Notes: generated by a model not told the origin, from the sequence alone. A stretch of DNA of 64,000 nucleotides from Spirochaetia bacterium (GCA_963675665.1 OY776510.1:576001-640000); one strand, 5' to 3'. Positions 17,655 to 27,537 are shown, numbered from the stretch's first letter. Translations and numbers: made by a program.

Positions 17655-19482
17655 CGAACATGAGAACATAATAAAACTGAATAATATTTCCCTTAAATAC
17701 GGCCAGTTCAACGCTCTTAAAAACATAGACTTCACAATCAGAAAATCGGAGATTCACGCTGTAATAGGAGAACACGGGGCCGGAAAATCATCTCTGGCAC
17801 AGATTCTCAGCGGATACATAAAACCCGACGACGGTATTTTTCTTTGGAAAAATAATCCGGTCCAGCTGTCTTCACCCCAGGAAGCCAAGGAACTTGGTAT
17901 TGAGATTGTGATGCAGGAAATTGAACAGTATGAGCGTCTTTCCCTGTCGCAGAATCTCTTTGGAAACAGCCCGGATTTTTTTAAAAAGAAGTTTTTCACA
18001 CGCAAGGAGCTGAACAGAAAAACCGATGAATATTTCGGTTCGCTGGGTTTTTCATCCTTTTCCGGCGCCCAGAAAATTTACAGCCTCAAGGATACCGAAA
18101 AAGTTCTGCTTGAATTGTTAAAACACCTGCTGCCCCGACCCGATCTGCTGATACTGGACGAGACCTTCGAAAAAATGACCGCAGTGGATCTTAACAAGAT
18201 GATTCCTGTTCTGAAAGAACGAAAGGCTGAAGGTCTTGGAATCCTCTTTATTACTCACCGAATCGATGATGTTTACACCTTTGCCGATCGCGTTACCGTT
18301 ATACGAAACGGCAGAATTCTGACAACAGAATCGGTTAAAAACATCGATAAAATCAATCTTATCAAACTGGCCTACACCCAGGTTGTTCAGGAAAGCAGTC
18401 TCGATACGACAACACAGGAGTTCTACCAGCTTCTTAAATACAACAGGGCAATTCTTGAAACCCTGCCCGTTAACCTTATTGTCGTGGATGAAAACAGGAT
18501 TCTCAGACTGCTTAACAATAACGCTAAAAACTATTTCAGCATCGGAGACACCCCGGCTCTCGGCATACCTCTTAAAAAGCTTGATATCATCACTTCAAAT
18601 GATAAATTATACGAACAGATCCGGGCATCAATGGACAAGCGCAGGCTTGAGACCTTTACTACAAGACTGAAACATCACGACGGAAGGGAAACAATAAATT
18701 TTGTCACCGTCTACCCTATTTATGACGGTGTTTTGTTTATAGGCAGTATGATAATAATAAGCGACATTACGGAACAGGAGAGCCTGCGCGAAAAGCTTGA
18801 TTTTTCCGAACGCCTTGGATCCGTCGGACTGCTGGCGGCAGGAGTTTCGCATGAAATAAATAATCCTCTTGAAATCATAATGAACGAGGTAGATTATCTT
18901 CGAAAGACCTTGCCCGAGGGCGAACAACAAACAGTGCTTGATAATATTGAAGAAGAAGTCGGCAGCATTGAACAGATCGTAAGCAGCCTTGCAACCTTTT
19001 CAGACAGCTCGGCGCCGAAAACTGAAGACCTTGATCTCACGCCTCTTCTTACGCACATCCTGAACCTTGTCAAACATAATGCCGTACACAGGAATATCAT
19101 AATCAGTTTCACCGCGCCGGATGAAAAGATGATGCTAAGCTGCAACAGAACCGAAATCAAACAGATAATACTCAACCTGATAAGAAACAGTTTTGAAGCA
19201 ATTCATACCGACGGTATGCTCGAAGCAAGTCTTTCAAAAACAGTAATTGACAACAAGTCCTGGATTATGCTGATTTTCAGAGACACCGGACCCGGCATTA
19301 ACGATGATGATGCAAAAAAAATCTTTCTTCCGTTCTTTTCGAAAAAAACCGCTTCCGGTAATAATATGGGCCTTGGACTTTCTGTTTCCTACGGCATTAT
19401 AAACAAAATGAACGGTAAAATCAGCGTAGAGAACCATCCCGATGGCGGCTGCAAATTCACCATTCTGCTTCCTGCATCATAA
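17644..19482 (+). CDS. Fusion protein: sugar-ABC-ATPase-like NBD + PAS + histidine kinase (HisKA/HATPase)
   Basis: GEHGAGKS, IVMQE, LLILDE, ITHR; PAS (ILETLPVNLIVVD..ISDITE); H-box HEINNPL; N-box NLIRNS, DTGPG, GLGL; no TM segment. Confidence 0.9.
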   Translation: MTSNEHENIIKLNNISLKYGQFNALKNIDFTIRKSEIHAVIGEHGAGKSSLAQILSGYIKPDDGIFLWKNNPVQLSSPQEAKELGIEIVMQEIEQYERLSLSQNLFGNSPDFFKKKFFTRKELNRKTDEYFGSLGFSSFSGAQKIYSLKDTEKVLLELLKHLLPRPDLLILDETFEKMTAVDLNKMIPVLKERKAEGLGILFITHRIDDVYTFADRVTVIRNGRILTTESVKNIDKINLIKLAYTQVVQESSLDTTTQEFYQLLKYNRAILETLPVNLIVVDENRILRLLNNNAKNYFSIGDTPALGIPLKKLDIITSNDKLYEQIRASMDKRRLETFTTRLKHHDGRETINFVTVYPIYDGVLFIGSMIIISDITEQESLREKLDFSERLGSVGLLAAGVSHEINNPLEIIMNEVDYLRKTLPEGEQQTVLDNIEEEVGSIEQIVSSLATFSDSSAPKTEDLDLTPLLTHILNLVKHNAVHRNIIISFTAPDEKMMLSCNRTEIKQIILNLIRNSFEAIHTDGMLEASLSKTVIDNKSWIMLIFRDTGPGINDDDAKKIFLPFFSKKTASGNNMGLGLSVSYGIINKMNGKISVENHPDGGCKFTILLPAS

Positions 19483-19612
19483 TCAAACTCATCCTGATAA
19501 CCTTTCATGGATAGATAATCACCGAAAAGTATAATTTTGTAATATAAAATTTGTTTTGTTATATAAATTCCTCTTTACGGTTTGTCGCTTCTGTTATATA
19601 CTGAAAATTGTC

Positions 19613-20518
19613 ATGGATATTGTCAACAACAAACTGAAACATATTCTGCCTACAGGTTTTCTCTGTGCGGAAGTTCCCTACTGGGTAAAAGAGGAAGGCG
19701 CTGTCTATTTCTCCGATACCGAAAACCCGAGAATTGCAAAATATACACCGAAAACTGAAGAGCTGGAAATCATCTATGTTCCGTATAATTTTCAATGTCT
19801 TGCCAAATGCGAAAACGGCAGCTGGATCGGAACGGTCACGAACGGCGTGGTCATATGGAACCAGAAGAAGAACACTTGCCGGTATCTCGGAAATCCTGAA
19901 TACGGAAAAGCATCATTTTATCTGAATGACGGAACGGTCGACAGGAAAGGACGGTTTCTCTTCGGCTCGTTTGACATGGACAACCTTGAAGGGCACGGCG
20001 GCTCCGTTTACATGGTCGATCAGAATCTTGAAATAAAACGGCTTGCATCAGGCTTTTCCGTCTGCAACGGAATGGTTTTCAGCCGCGACAATAGAAAATT
20101 TTATATGAGCGAACAATTCGGCGGCCGGATACTGGAGTTTGACTGGGATGAAGAAAGGTGTGAATTATCAAATCAAAAAGCCCTTTATAATTTGCCTGCA
20201 GACAAAGGGCTGCCTGACGGTCTGATAATGGATTCGGAGGGGATGCTCTGGGTTGCACACTGGTGGGGATGGCAGCTTTCAAGAATATCTCCCGAAGGCT
20301 CGGTACTGGCCGAAATACCGATGCCGGTAAAAACTCCTACCTGCATGGCATTTATCGGAGAGAAACTTGATAAATTATTTATAACCACTGCAATTAAAGC
20401 TGTTGATGAGCAGGACCTTAAAAAAGGACCGCAGGCGGGAGATATATTTCAAATTGAACTGGATGTACCCGGGATTGAAGAAACCCGGTTTAAATATCTG
20501 AACAACGGAGGAAAATAA
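19613..20518 (+). CDS. SMP-30/gluconolactonase family sugar lactonase
   Basis: AEVPYW, LNDGTVDRKGR, CNGMVFS, GLPDG, PTCMAF. Confidence 0.88.
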   Translation: MDIVNNKLKHILPTGFLCAEVPYWVKEEGAVYFSDTENPRIAKYTPKTEELEIIYVPYNFQCLAKCENGSWIGTVTNGVVIWNQKKNTCRYLGNPEYGKASFYLNDGTVDRKGRFLFGSFDMDNLEGHGGSVYMVDQNLEIKRLASGFSVCNGMVFSRDNRKFYMSEQFGGRILEFDWDEERCELSNQKALYNLPADKGLPDGLIMDSEGMLWVAHWWGWQLSRISPEGSVLAEIPMPVKTPTCMAFIGEKLDKLFITTAIKAVDEQDLKKGPQAGDIFQIELDVPGIEETRFKYLNNGGK

Positions 20519-21264
20519 TGGGTGATTCATTAAAAGGAAAAGTTGCTGTAATCAGCGGTGTCGCATCCGGATTCGCAAAAGCAACAGCAGAACTTTTTGC
20601 AAAAAAGGACCAGTGCAGCCTTGTGCTTATCGACATCGACGAAAAAGGACTGGAGGCCACCACAGAGAACTGCAGAAAATCAGGATCTGATGTACTGGTT
20701 ATTCAGGGGGACGTAATAAAGAGCGGTTTCTTTGATGATGTTGCAGCACAGACAAAAAGCAAATTCGGCAAATGCGATTGCCTGATAAACTATGCCGGCG
20801 GAGCAGTGAGGCTGGAACCTATAGAAACCATGACGGATGAGATATATGACAAGGTCATGAATCTAAACATGAAAAGCACACTGAGCTCATGCCGTGCATT
20901 TACCCCATTGCTGAAAACCCAGGGATACGGAAGAATAGTTAATGTTTCTTCGGTATGCGACAGACGCTCATGGCCCACCTGGTCGGTATATTCGGCAGCC
21001 AAGGCCGCTGTTAATGCTTTCAGCAAATGCCTTTATACCGAATTAAGACCGCATGGTATCGGAGTAACTCTACTGGTTCCCGGCGGTTCAAATACGGGAT
21101 TTCAGAAGGCTGAAAATGTTGATAAATTCGAATGGGATGAATCAATGGCTGTCCGCCCGGAGCATTTCGCCGATATGGTCTATGCAGCATGCACCCTGAC
21201 TAAGGGAGGCTGCGTATCCGAGATGGCTGTCTACGGCCTTGCCCAGGATATATCGGGGTTCTAA
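20518..21264 (+). CDS. SDR oxidoreductase
   Basis: SGVASGFA, NYAG, YSAAK; translationally coupled to the lactonase gene. Confidence 0.88.
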   Translation: MGDSLKGKVAVISGVASGFAKATAELFAKKDQCSLVLIDIDEKGLEATTENCRKSGSDVLVIQGDVIKSGFFDDVAAQTKSKFGKCDCLINYAGGAVRLEPIETMTDEIYDKVMNLNMKSTLSSCRAFTPLLKTQGYGRIVNVSSVCDRRSWPTWSVYSAAKAAVNAFSKCLYTELRPHGIGVTLLVPGGSNTGFQKAENVDKFEWDESMAVRPEHFADMVYAACTLTKGGCVSEMAVYGLAQDISGF

Positions 21265-21292
21265 GCCTTAACAATTTTGTCTGCCGACGATG

Positions 21293-21332
21293 ATAAAACC
21301 TGTTCCGATCTTGTGCGGACAGGTTTTATTTA
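21293..21332 (+). terminator. Intrinsic terminator
   Basis: ATAAAACCTGT...ACAGGTTTTAT inverted repeat after the SDR gene. Confidence 0.65.
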
Positions 21333-21353
21333 TTACAATCATCCGGACGAACA

Positions 21354-22136
21354 ATGAGTGAGCATAACGAAGGCAAAGGCAAATATATTATACCCAATCT
21401 CTGGAGAGCTATAGAGCTTCTTGAATATCTGGCGGATAATCCCGAAGGACTCACAATCAGCGAGCTTGCAGATGCGCTGAGCCTTCCGACTAATTCCGTT
21501 TTCAGAATTCTGCGAACATTATCTGCAAAAGAGTATGTTATTCAAAAGCACAAACGCTACAGTGTCAGCAGCAAATTGTTTGCCCTCGGCGCTCATGCAA
21601 TAGCAGAAGAATCGCTTTTTGAAAAAATAACTCCGGTCATGAGGGATCTGCGCGACGAGCTTAAGGAAACTGTGATATTTGGAAAACTTTCAGGTCATAA
21701 CGGCGTGATTCTTGAACAGATGCAGGGACTTTTCCCTGTAAAAGTCGTTGTAGAAGTAGGATACAATTTTCCGCTTCACTGTTCCGCACCTGCAAAGGCC
21801 ATTATGGCCTTTCTTCCCGAACCAGAAAAACAGACGGTACTTGAACATTGCACTTTTCAAAAATATACGGAAAACACAATCACTGACAGAAAAAGTTTAA
21901 TCCATGAACTTGAACAGGTTGCCTTAAACGGATACGCACTGGATATGGAAGAAGCCGATTATGACGTACGCTGTATAAGCGCTCCCATTCTGAACGTCAG
22001 AGGTTATCCGGTTGCAGCGTTGTGGATTACCGGCCCCGTATCACGCTTATGCACAGAAACATGCCGAAAGTATGCCGATATACTAAAAGTAACCTGCAGC
22101 GAGGTTTCCCGGTCCATAGGATTCACCCACGCATAA
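21354..22136 (+). CDS. IclR family transcriptional regulator
   Basis: N-terminal HTH, PLHCSAPAKA, GYALDMEE..VRCISAPI. Confidence 0.92.
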   Translation: MSEHNEGKGKYIIPNLWRAIELLEYLADNPEGLTISELADALSLPTNSVFRILRTLSAKEYVIQKHKRYSVSSKLFALGAHAIAEESLFEKITPVMRDLRDELKETVIFGKLSGHNGVILEQMQGLFPVKVVVEVGYNFPLHCSAPAKAIMAFLPEPEKQTVLEHCTFQKYTENTITDRKSLIHELEQVALNGYALDMEEADYDVRCISAPILNVRGYPVAALWITGPVSRLCTETCRKYADILKVTCSEVSRSIGFTHA

Positions 22137-22139
22137 AAT

Positions 22140-23090
22140 TTAAATCAGCTTTTCTACAGCTTTTGCCGTTTGCTCATCAATAATAAGATAATCAAGTATA
22201 CCCGTCTTCAGCCCCGCGACTATCGAATACTGTTTTTCAATACCGGCGACAAGGCAAACCACTTTTTCCGTATTTCCAAGCTGTTCGGGGGTACATGCAA
22301 GCAACAGCTCCGAATCTGGCCCTTTCAGGAATTTGCCCTCTGCGGAAACAGGCCACCCGCAGATGTCTCCGATCGCGTTTTTAAATTCGGGTGAATCCCT
22401 GAATTTATCGCTATTTTTGCCGGATTCTCCAAGCACACTGCCGGAAGATTTTTCCCCGATTGAAATAACAGCGATATTAAGTTCACTCCACAACCGGCTT
22501 ATCCGCTGCATCATCGCGCTGCTTTTATACAGCTGCAAATCATCTTCAGAGTCCGCTATTGCCGGCGCGTGAAGGAAATGCGGCGTTGCATTAAGCTTTT
22601 CCGCAAAATCCCGTACCATTTCATTCAGCTGATAGCGCTTCATGGGTCTGTTGCTTCCTCCGATCAGCGGTACGGCATTTATTTTCAGATAATTATGATC
22701 ACTGTAATACTGAGACATAAATTCATAACATGTCCGGCCCCAGGCAACCCCGACCGTATCCTGTTCATTAAGCAAATCATTGAAAACATCTACTGCACGT
22801 TCAGCAACAAGCCGGATGAGCATTTCCGAATTTTTAACTGCAGTAGGTACTACATAGCAATGCTTAAGACCGAAGCATTGCTCAAAAAGACTGCTTAGCT
22901 CGTCATTATTTCCCATCGGGTTTCTTAATTTGATTTCAACAAGACCTTCGTTTCTTGCTTCAGTCAGAAACATGGAAATTGAGGATCTTGACCTGTTTAC
23001 TACTGCCGCTATCTCATCCTGTTTTTTACCTTCCAGGTAATACATCCTGGCAACATTATACAACAGCTGTTTATCAACTTTGGTTTTCAT
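22140..23090 (-). CDS. SorC/DeoR(B. subtilis)/LsrR-family sugar-binding regulator
   Basis: VARMYYLEGKKQDEIA HTH, GVAWGRT, AIGDICG, LIIDE. Confidence 0.9.
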   Translation of the reverse strand: MKTKVDKQLLYNVARMYYLEGKKQDEIAAVVNRSRSSISMFLTEARNEGLVEIKLRNPMGNNDELSSLFEQCFGLKHCYVVPTAVKNSEMLIRLVAERAVDVFNDLLNEQDTVGVAWGRTCYEFMSQYYSDHNYLKINAVPLIGGSNRPMKRYQLNEMVRDFAEKLNATPHFLHAPAIADSEDDLQLYKSSAMMQRISRLWSELNIAVISIGEKSSGSVLGESGKNSDKFRDSPEFKNAIGDICGWPVSAEGKFLKGPDSELLLACTPEQLGNTEKVVCLVAGIEKQYSIVAGLKTGILDYLIIDEQTAKAVEKLI

Positions 23091-23099
23091 AAGTTTCTC

Positions 23100-24566
23100 T
23101 CAAAGATTTTTCAGTGCATTAACATATTTTAAGAAATTATCATACTTTTGAGAATATATCTCTGCAAGTTCTGGATTAGGCTGTACAATCCGTGAGACTC
23201 GGACCATTTTATTTGTTGCCGCTTCAAAGCTTTCATACTCTCCGGCGCCTACAGCAGCTCCGATTGCAGCCCCGAGGGTACCAATCTCTTCAGCTTCGGT
23301 AATTTCTATAGGCATCTTCAGAATATCAGCAAACATCTGAACCCAGACATCGGATTTTGATACACCGCCTGAAATCCTGACGCTTCGGACCGGTCCCCTG
23401 TGAGGGAACAGCCTGTCGAGATGCAGTTTATGACCGAAAACAACCCCTTCATAGACAGCACGAAGCATATGTGCTTTTGTATGCCAGCCGTTAAGACCGA
23501 TAAAACATGACGAAAGATCTCCAACGCTGCTGGCAAACAGAAAAGGAAAAAACACGACAGCAGAATCTTCCGGCTTCATCGAATCAACAATCCTGTTGAT
23601 TTCATCATAGCTTTCACCGTTCATCAGGTTTTTTATAAACCACTCAAGGTTTGTGGCTGAGGTAGCGCTTGCCTCCGTCACAAGCCAGTATCCCGGAATT
23701 CCGTAAATACTCGTCATAAAAAGCTCTTTTGATCCAACCGGTTTCTTACTTATAAACTGGTTAATACTCCAGGTTCCTGCAACTATACTCAAATCCTGAT
23801 CATCCGTCAGACCGGTAGCTATTGCGCATGCGTCTATATCAAAAAACCCGCCCATTACCGGCGTGCCTGCAATCAACCCGGTTTGCCCGGCAACTTCTTC
23901 AGTTATTTTTCCGCAAATATCAGTAGATTTTCGCAGCGGTGGAAGTTTATCCTTAAATTCTCTGATTCCGAAATCATCCAGAAGCTCATCGTCGTAATCA
24001 ACTTTAATAACATTAACAAGATTTGTACCTGAATAATCAGTTATCTCGGCGAAAGCCTCTCCTGTAAGTTTAAAGCGGATAAAATCCTTGCACATCAGGA
24101 TCCAGCGTGTTTTTTGCAGATCCTCGGGCCTGTTCTCACGAAACCAGTTCAGAAGGGATACCGGCTGTGCGGCCCAGATAGACTGTAGGGTTTTTTTATT
24201 TATTTTTTCGAATGTTCCGTCACTGTACCATTTATCAACCCATTTCTTTGCCCGGCTGTCGGTAGAAATTATACCGTTACCTACTGAATTACCATCTGAA
24301 TCAACAAGGAACATTCCATTACCGTGACCTGTGGGGGCAATACCTGCAATATCTTCAGGATCAACTCCGCTGTTTCTGACAACCTCGGCAATTGCTTCAA
24401 GGTTTGCTGTCCAGAATTCTTTCATATCCTTTTCGGTATGACCGGGTTCAGGATATATCATTTCAATTTTTCTGCTTGCAAGAGCCAGCTCATTCCCTTT
24501 ATTATCATAAAGAGCAACCTTGCAGACGGTTCCTCCGTTATCAATTCCCATAAAATATCTGCTCAT
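23100..24566 (-). CDS. lyxK: FGGY carbohydrate kinase, L-xylulokinase/3-keto-L-gulonate kinase-like
   Basis: GIDNGGT, GHGNG, GIISTDSRA, FDIDACA, AGTWSIN, EASATSA. Confidence 0.8.
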   Translation of the reverse strand: MSRYFMGIDNGGTVCKVALYDNKGNELALASRKIEMIYPEPGHTEKDMKEFWTANLEAIAEVVRNSGVDPEDIAGIAPTGHGNGMFLVDSDGNSVGNGIISTDSRAKKWVDKWYSDGTFEKINKKTLQSIWAAQPVSLLNWFRENRPEDLQKTRWILMCKDFIRFKLTGEAFAEITDYSGTNLVNVIKVDYDDELLDDFGIREFKDKLPPLRKSTDICGKITEEVAGQTGLIAGTPVMGGFFDIDACAIATGLTDDQDLSIVAGTWSINQFISKKPVGSKELFMTSIYGIPGYWLVTEASATSATNLEWFIKNLMNGESYDEINRIVDSMKPEDSAVVFFPFLFASSVGDLSSCFIGLNGWHTKAHMLRAVYEGVVFGHKLHLDRLFPHRGPVRSVRISGGVSKSDVWVQMFADILKMPIEITEAEEIGTLGAAIGAAVGAGEYESFEAATNKMVRVSRIVQPNPELAEIYSQKYDNFLKYVNALKNL

Positions 24567-24580
24567 AAACACTCCCGGAT

Positions 24581-24640
24581 TTCAAGTAAATGTTGTTTAT
24601 ATTAACATATTTCATGACATTCTTCAAGTAAACATTTACA
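24581..24640. promoter_or_regulatory. Putative operator upstream of the kinase
   Basis: ATTAACATATTT and ATTTCATGACAT, both shared with 40343-40386. Confidence 0.5.
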
Positions 24641-24718
24641 TTCAAACTATTTAGCCGGGTCATGAACAGAGAACCGCAGTATTCGGCAAGCTTATTTCAG
24701 ACTGGTTGATTACGGAAA

Positions 24719-25198
24719 TTACTTTATAAAATAGCCTTCGGTTATTCTAAGAAGCTTCCCCGCCTGCGGATTCATTTCCTTAAGCTTTTCCACTTCTTCT
24801 TCAGTAAGTAATTTAAAAGTGTCCCTTTTGCTGTTTACAGTACATAAAAAACCGAACGGCTCAAGGCCTGTATTTATCAGCTGATGCGCATGCCAGGCCG
24901 GAATTTTAATCATATCGAAAGGGTTAACGGTATAAATCTCGTTTTCAACAATTACTGTTCCGGTTCCCCTCAGAACAACAACAATATGAACATGCTCATG
25001 CTTTTCCAGCGTGGTGTGTCCTTCCAGTCCGCATTCAAAATATCTGACATCAAAAGCTGCAGCATCTTCGCCTTTAAAAATATTCTGGCGCATAACATTG
25101 TCGAATGTGGGCTTATCTTTTTCAGAAGACGGCTTATACTCAATTCTGTCAATTTTGTCCCATGTAAAATTATCACATTGAAAATAATTATCTTTCAT
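24719..25198 (-). CDS. Cupin domain protein
   Basis: EKHEHVH and PAWHAHQL metal-binding cupin motifs. Confidence 0.85.
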   Translation of the reverse strand: MKDNYFQCDNFTWDKIDRIEYKPSSEKDKPTFDNVMRQNIFKGEDAAAFDVRYFECGLEGHTTLEKHEHVHIVVVLRGTGTVIVENEIYTVNPFDMIKIPAWHAHQLINTGLEPFGFLCTVNSKRDTFKLLTEEEVEKLKEMNPQAGKLLRITEGYFIK

Positions 25199-25256
25199 TT
25201 TTTCCCCTTGATTAATCAGAAAAAACGGCTGCCTGATTTCAAACAGCCGTGGACGG

Positions 25257-26318
25257 TTAATCTTCCGGATATAATATAATTTTTATTGCTTCCTTGTCTC
25301 TAACCATTTGAAAAGCTTTCCTGAATTCCGATATCCCCATCTTGTGAGAAATCATTGATTTCAGATCAATTGTCCCGGAAGAGACAAGCCTCATTGAATT
25401 TCTCCATGACAGCCAATCATATCCAAAATGACCTTTGATACTCACACCTTTATCAATTACAGGATCAAGAGAAAAACCCAGAGGACGTTCATCATAACCT
25501 ATCTTAACTATTTCCCCTCCGGCTCGTGTAATCTCTATTGCCTGTTCAAGTACTTTCGAAACCCCTGCACAGTCGACGGTAAGAGCAACTCCTTCTGCTG
25601 CAGTTATTTTTTTCACAACGGCAAAAAGGTCGTCCTTATCCGATTTAATAATATCAGTTGCACCAAGTTTAACAGCAAGATCAAACCTGTCTTTGTCGGC
25701 TTCGAGGCCGATTGCAATAATTCTTGAGGCACCTGCAGCCTTTAAGGCCTGGATACTGAAAAGCCCCAGCGGTCCGACTCCGAAAACCGCCCCGATTTCT
25801 CCCGGCATAAAATTCGCTTCCTGACACACCGCTTTATAACCGTTGCAGCACGGATCAAGTATGGCGGCTTCTTCGAAAGACATATTATCAGGAATCGCCA
25901 TCAAACTCTGCGGAAACTTCTCGAGGGTACTTCCGTGAATTTTAACATATTTCGCAAACCCGCCGTCCATACCGTAACCCAGACCCAGGCGATCCGGGCA
26001 AACAAGATAATTGGATGTACCACAGGCATAACACTTTCCACAGACATGACCGGTATTATCCGAAACAACACGGTCGCCCATGTTCCAGTCAAAAACATTT
26101 TTCCCTTTTTCAGCAATAATCCCCGAGAATTCATGACCCAAAACAACGGGAGGTTTCAACAGGTTTTCATGCCCGCCGTCGTCAAAACCAATATCTGATC
26201 CGCAGACACCGGCAGCCTTGACTTCCAGAAGAATATCATTATCGCCTATTTCCGGAACAGGAACATCTCTCAGTTCCGTCTCACCTTTCCCGTATCCGTA
26301 TTTTACTACTGCTTTCAT
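25257..26318 (-). CDS. Zinc-dependent polyol/alcohol dehydrogenase (YdjL-like)
   Basis: CGSD, GHEFSG, VVSDNTGHVCGKCYAC, LDPCCNGYK, GVGPLG; resembles E. coli YdjL from memory. Confidence 0.85.
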   Translation of the reverse strand: MKAVVKYGYGKGETELRDVPVPEIGDNDILLEVKAAGVCGSDIGFDDGGHENLLKPPVVLGHEFSGIIAEKGKNVFDWNMGDRVVSDNTGHVCGKCYACGTSNYLVCPDRLGLGYGMDGGFAKYVKIHGSTLEKFPQSLMAIPDNMSFEEAAILDPCCNGYKAVCQEANFMPGEIGAVFGVGPLGLFSIQALKAAGASRIIAIGLEADKDRFDLAVKLGATDIIKSDKDDLFAVVKKITAAEGVALTVDCAGVSKVLEQAIEITRAGGEIVKIGYDERPLGFSLDPVIDKGVSIKGHFGYDWLSWRNSMRLVSSGTIDLKSMISHKMGISEFRKAFQMVRDKEAIKIILYPED

Positions 26319-26353
26319 ATTTCATTCCTATAGAGTAATTACCCAAAACCGGA

Positions 26354-26382
26354 ATCCATACCTGAAAAAATCAGGTATGGAT
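26354..26382. repeat. 12-bp perfect inverted repeat after the SBP gene
   Basis: ATCCATACCTGA-AAAAA-TCAGGTATGGAT. Confidence 0.75.
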
Positions 26383-26390
26383 AATCCAGA

Positions 26391-27344
26391 TTATTTGTTG
26401 AAAGCAGCCAGATACGGAGCTACATTTGCTTTGGTCAAACCGATCATGTTAATGTAGTTTTCCTTGATCTCAGGGGTTCCGCCGTTAATCAGCGTTAATG
26501 CGGCATCAAATGCAAGACTTCCTTCAAGTACAGCATCCTGAAATACCGTATATTCCATCTTGCCGGTGTCGATCGCAACACATGCGTCATAAATTGCATC
26601 AATTCCTGTAACTATAACATCATCAAGCATACCTTCGGCTTCAAGTGCCTGAATTGCGCCAAGGGCCATTTCATCATTGTGTGCTATAACAGCATCGATT
26701 TTGCTTCCGAAATCCTGAATATAGTTCTCCATCAGTTCAAGTGCGCCTTCTCTGGTCCAGTTTGCTGTTTTGATATCAAGAGCATTAACTCCGGGATTGG
26801 CATCAAGCATGTTTTTCACACCTTCTCTTCTGTCGACAGTTGCGGAATATCCTTCAGCACCTTCAAGAACTATACAGTTGAATTTTTCTCCAAGCTGTTC
26901 AATAGCATACTCAACCATCATTTCACCTGCCCTTACATCATCCGGACCGGCATAGGCATCAATTTTTTCAGAAGGAATACGCATGTTTACACCGACAAAG
27001 GGGATACCGGCTTCATTAGCCATTTCCACACCCTGTACCATTGAGTAAACATCGGCTGCCCCGACTATAATTGCGTCAACATCCTGGTTGATAAAATTCT
27101 GCACATGATCAAGCTGAGCTACAGCGTCCCACTGAGCATCAAGAACAATAAGCTTGATTCCTTCAGCATCCGCTTTTTCCTGCATTGCTTCAGTCATCAG
27201 TGTTGCAAACTCGGAAAGCCAGTAAATCGAATAACCGATAACAATCTGCTCATCCTTTGCTTCCTGCTGTCCGTTGCTGAAGACAGCACCTACTGCACCA
27301 AAAATCATAACCAATGCAAGTACTAAAATAAGACCCTTTTTCAT
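26391..27344 (-). CDS. Sugar ABC substrate-binding protein
   Basis: Signal peptide then FSNGQQE; ANWTR, AHNDEMALGA, GIDA. Confidence 0.92.
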   Translation of the reverse strand: MKKGLILVLALVMIFGAVGAVFSNGQQEAKDEQIVIGYSIYWLSEFATLMTEAMQEKADAEGIKLIVLDAQWDAVAQLDHVQNFINQDVDAIIVGAADVYSMVQGVEMANEAGIPFVGVNMRIPSEKIDAYAGPDDVRAGEMMVEYAIEQLGEKFNCIVLEGAEGYSATVDRREGVKNMLDANPGVNALDIKTANWTREGALELMENYIQDFGSKIDAVIAHNDEMALGAIQALEAEGMLDDVIVTGIDAIYDACVAIDTGKMEYTVFQDAVLEGSLAFDAALTLINGGTPEIKENYINMIGLTKANVAPYLAAFNK

Positions 27345-27381
27345 AACTGTTAACTCCTAAACTACTAAATTGTTTTCTTTG

Positions 27382-27413
27382 CGGATCTACGATCCGTACG
27401 GATCGTAGATCCG
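27382..27413. repeat. 32-bp perfect nested palindrome
   Basis: CGGATCTACGATCCGTACGGATCGTAGATCCG equals its own reverse complement. Confidence 0.9.
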
Positions 27414-27537
27414 TTTTTAACTCCTTTTTTGCTGCAACTACTTCAGCTAAGTCAAATAATCCAACCTCCTTAAAATAATTATGTTTTTTATCTCATCCGC
27501 ACCAGCCAACCCCGGCTTTGGGTTGCCTGATGCTCCA

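Noticed and set aside
17644-19482. NBD-kinase as a recent accidental fusion or a duplicate of the neighbouring ATPase
   Set aside because: Single clean frame, junction at the natural end of NBD1, strong divergence from all four local ATPases, and the cognate operon keeps its own full ATPase; read-level confirmation is still needed
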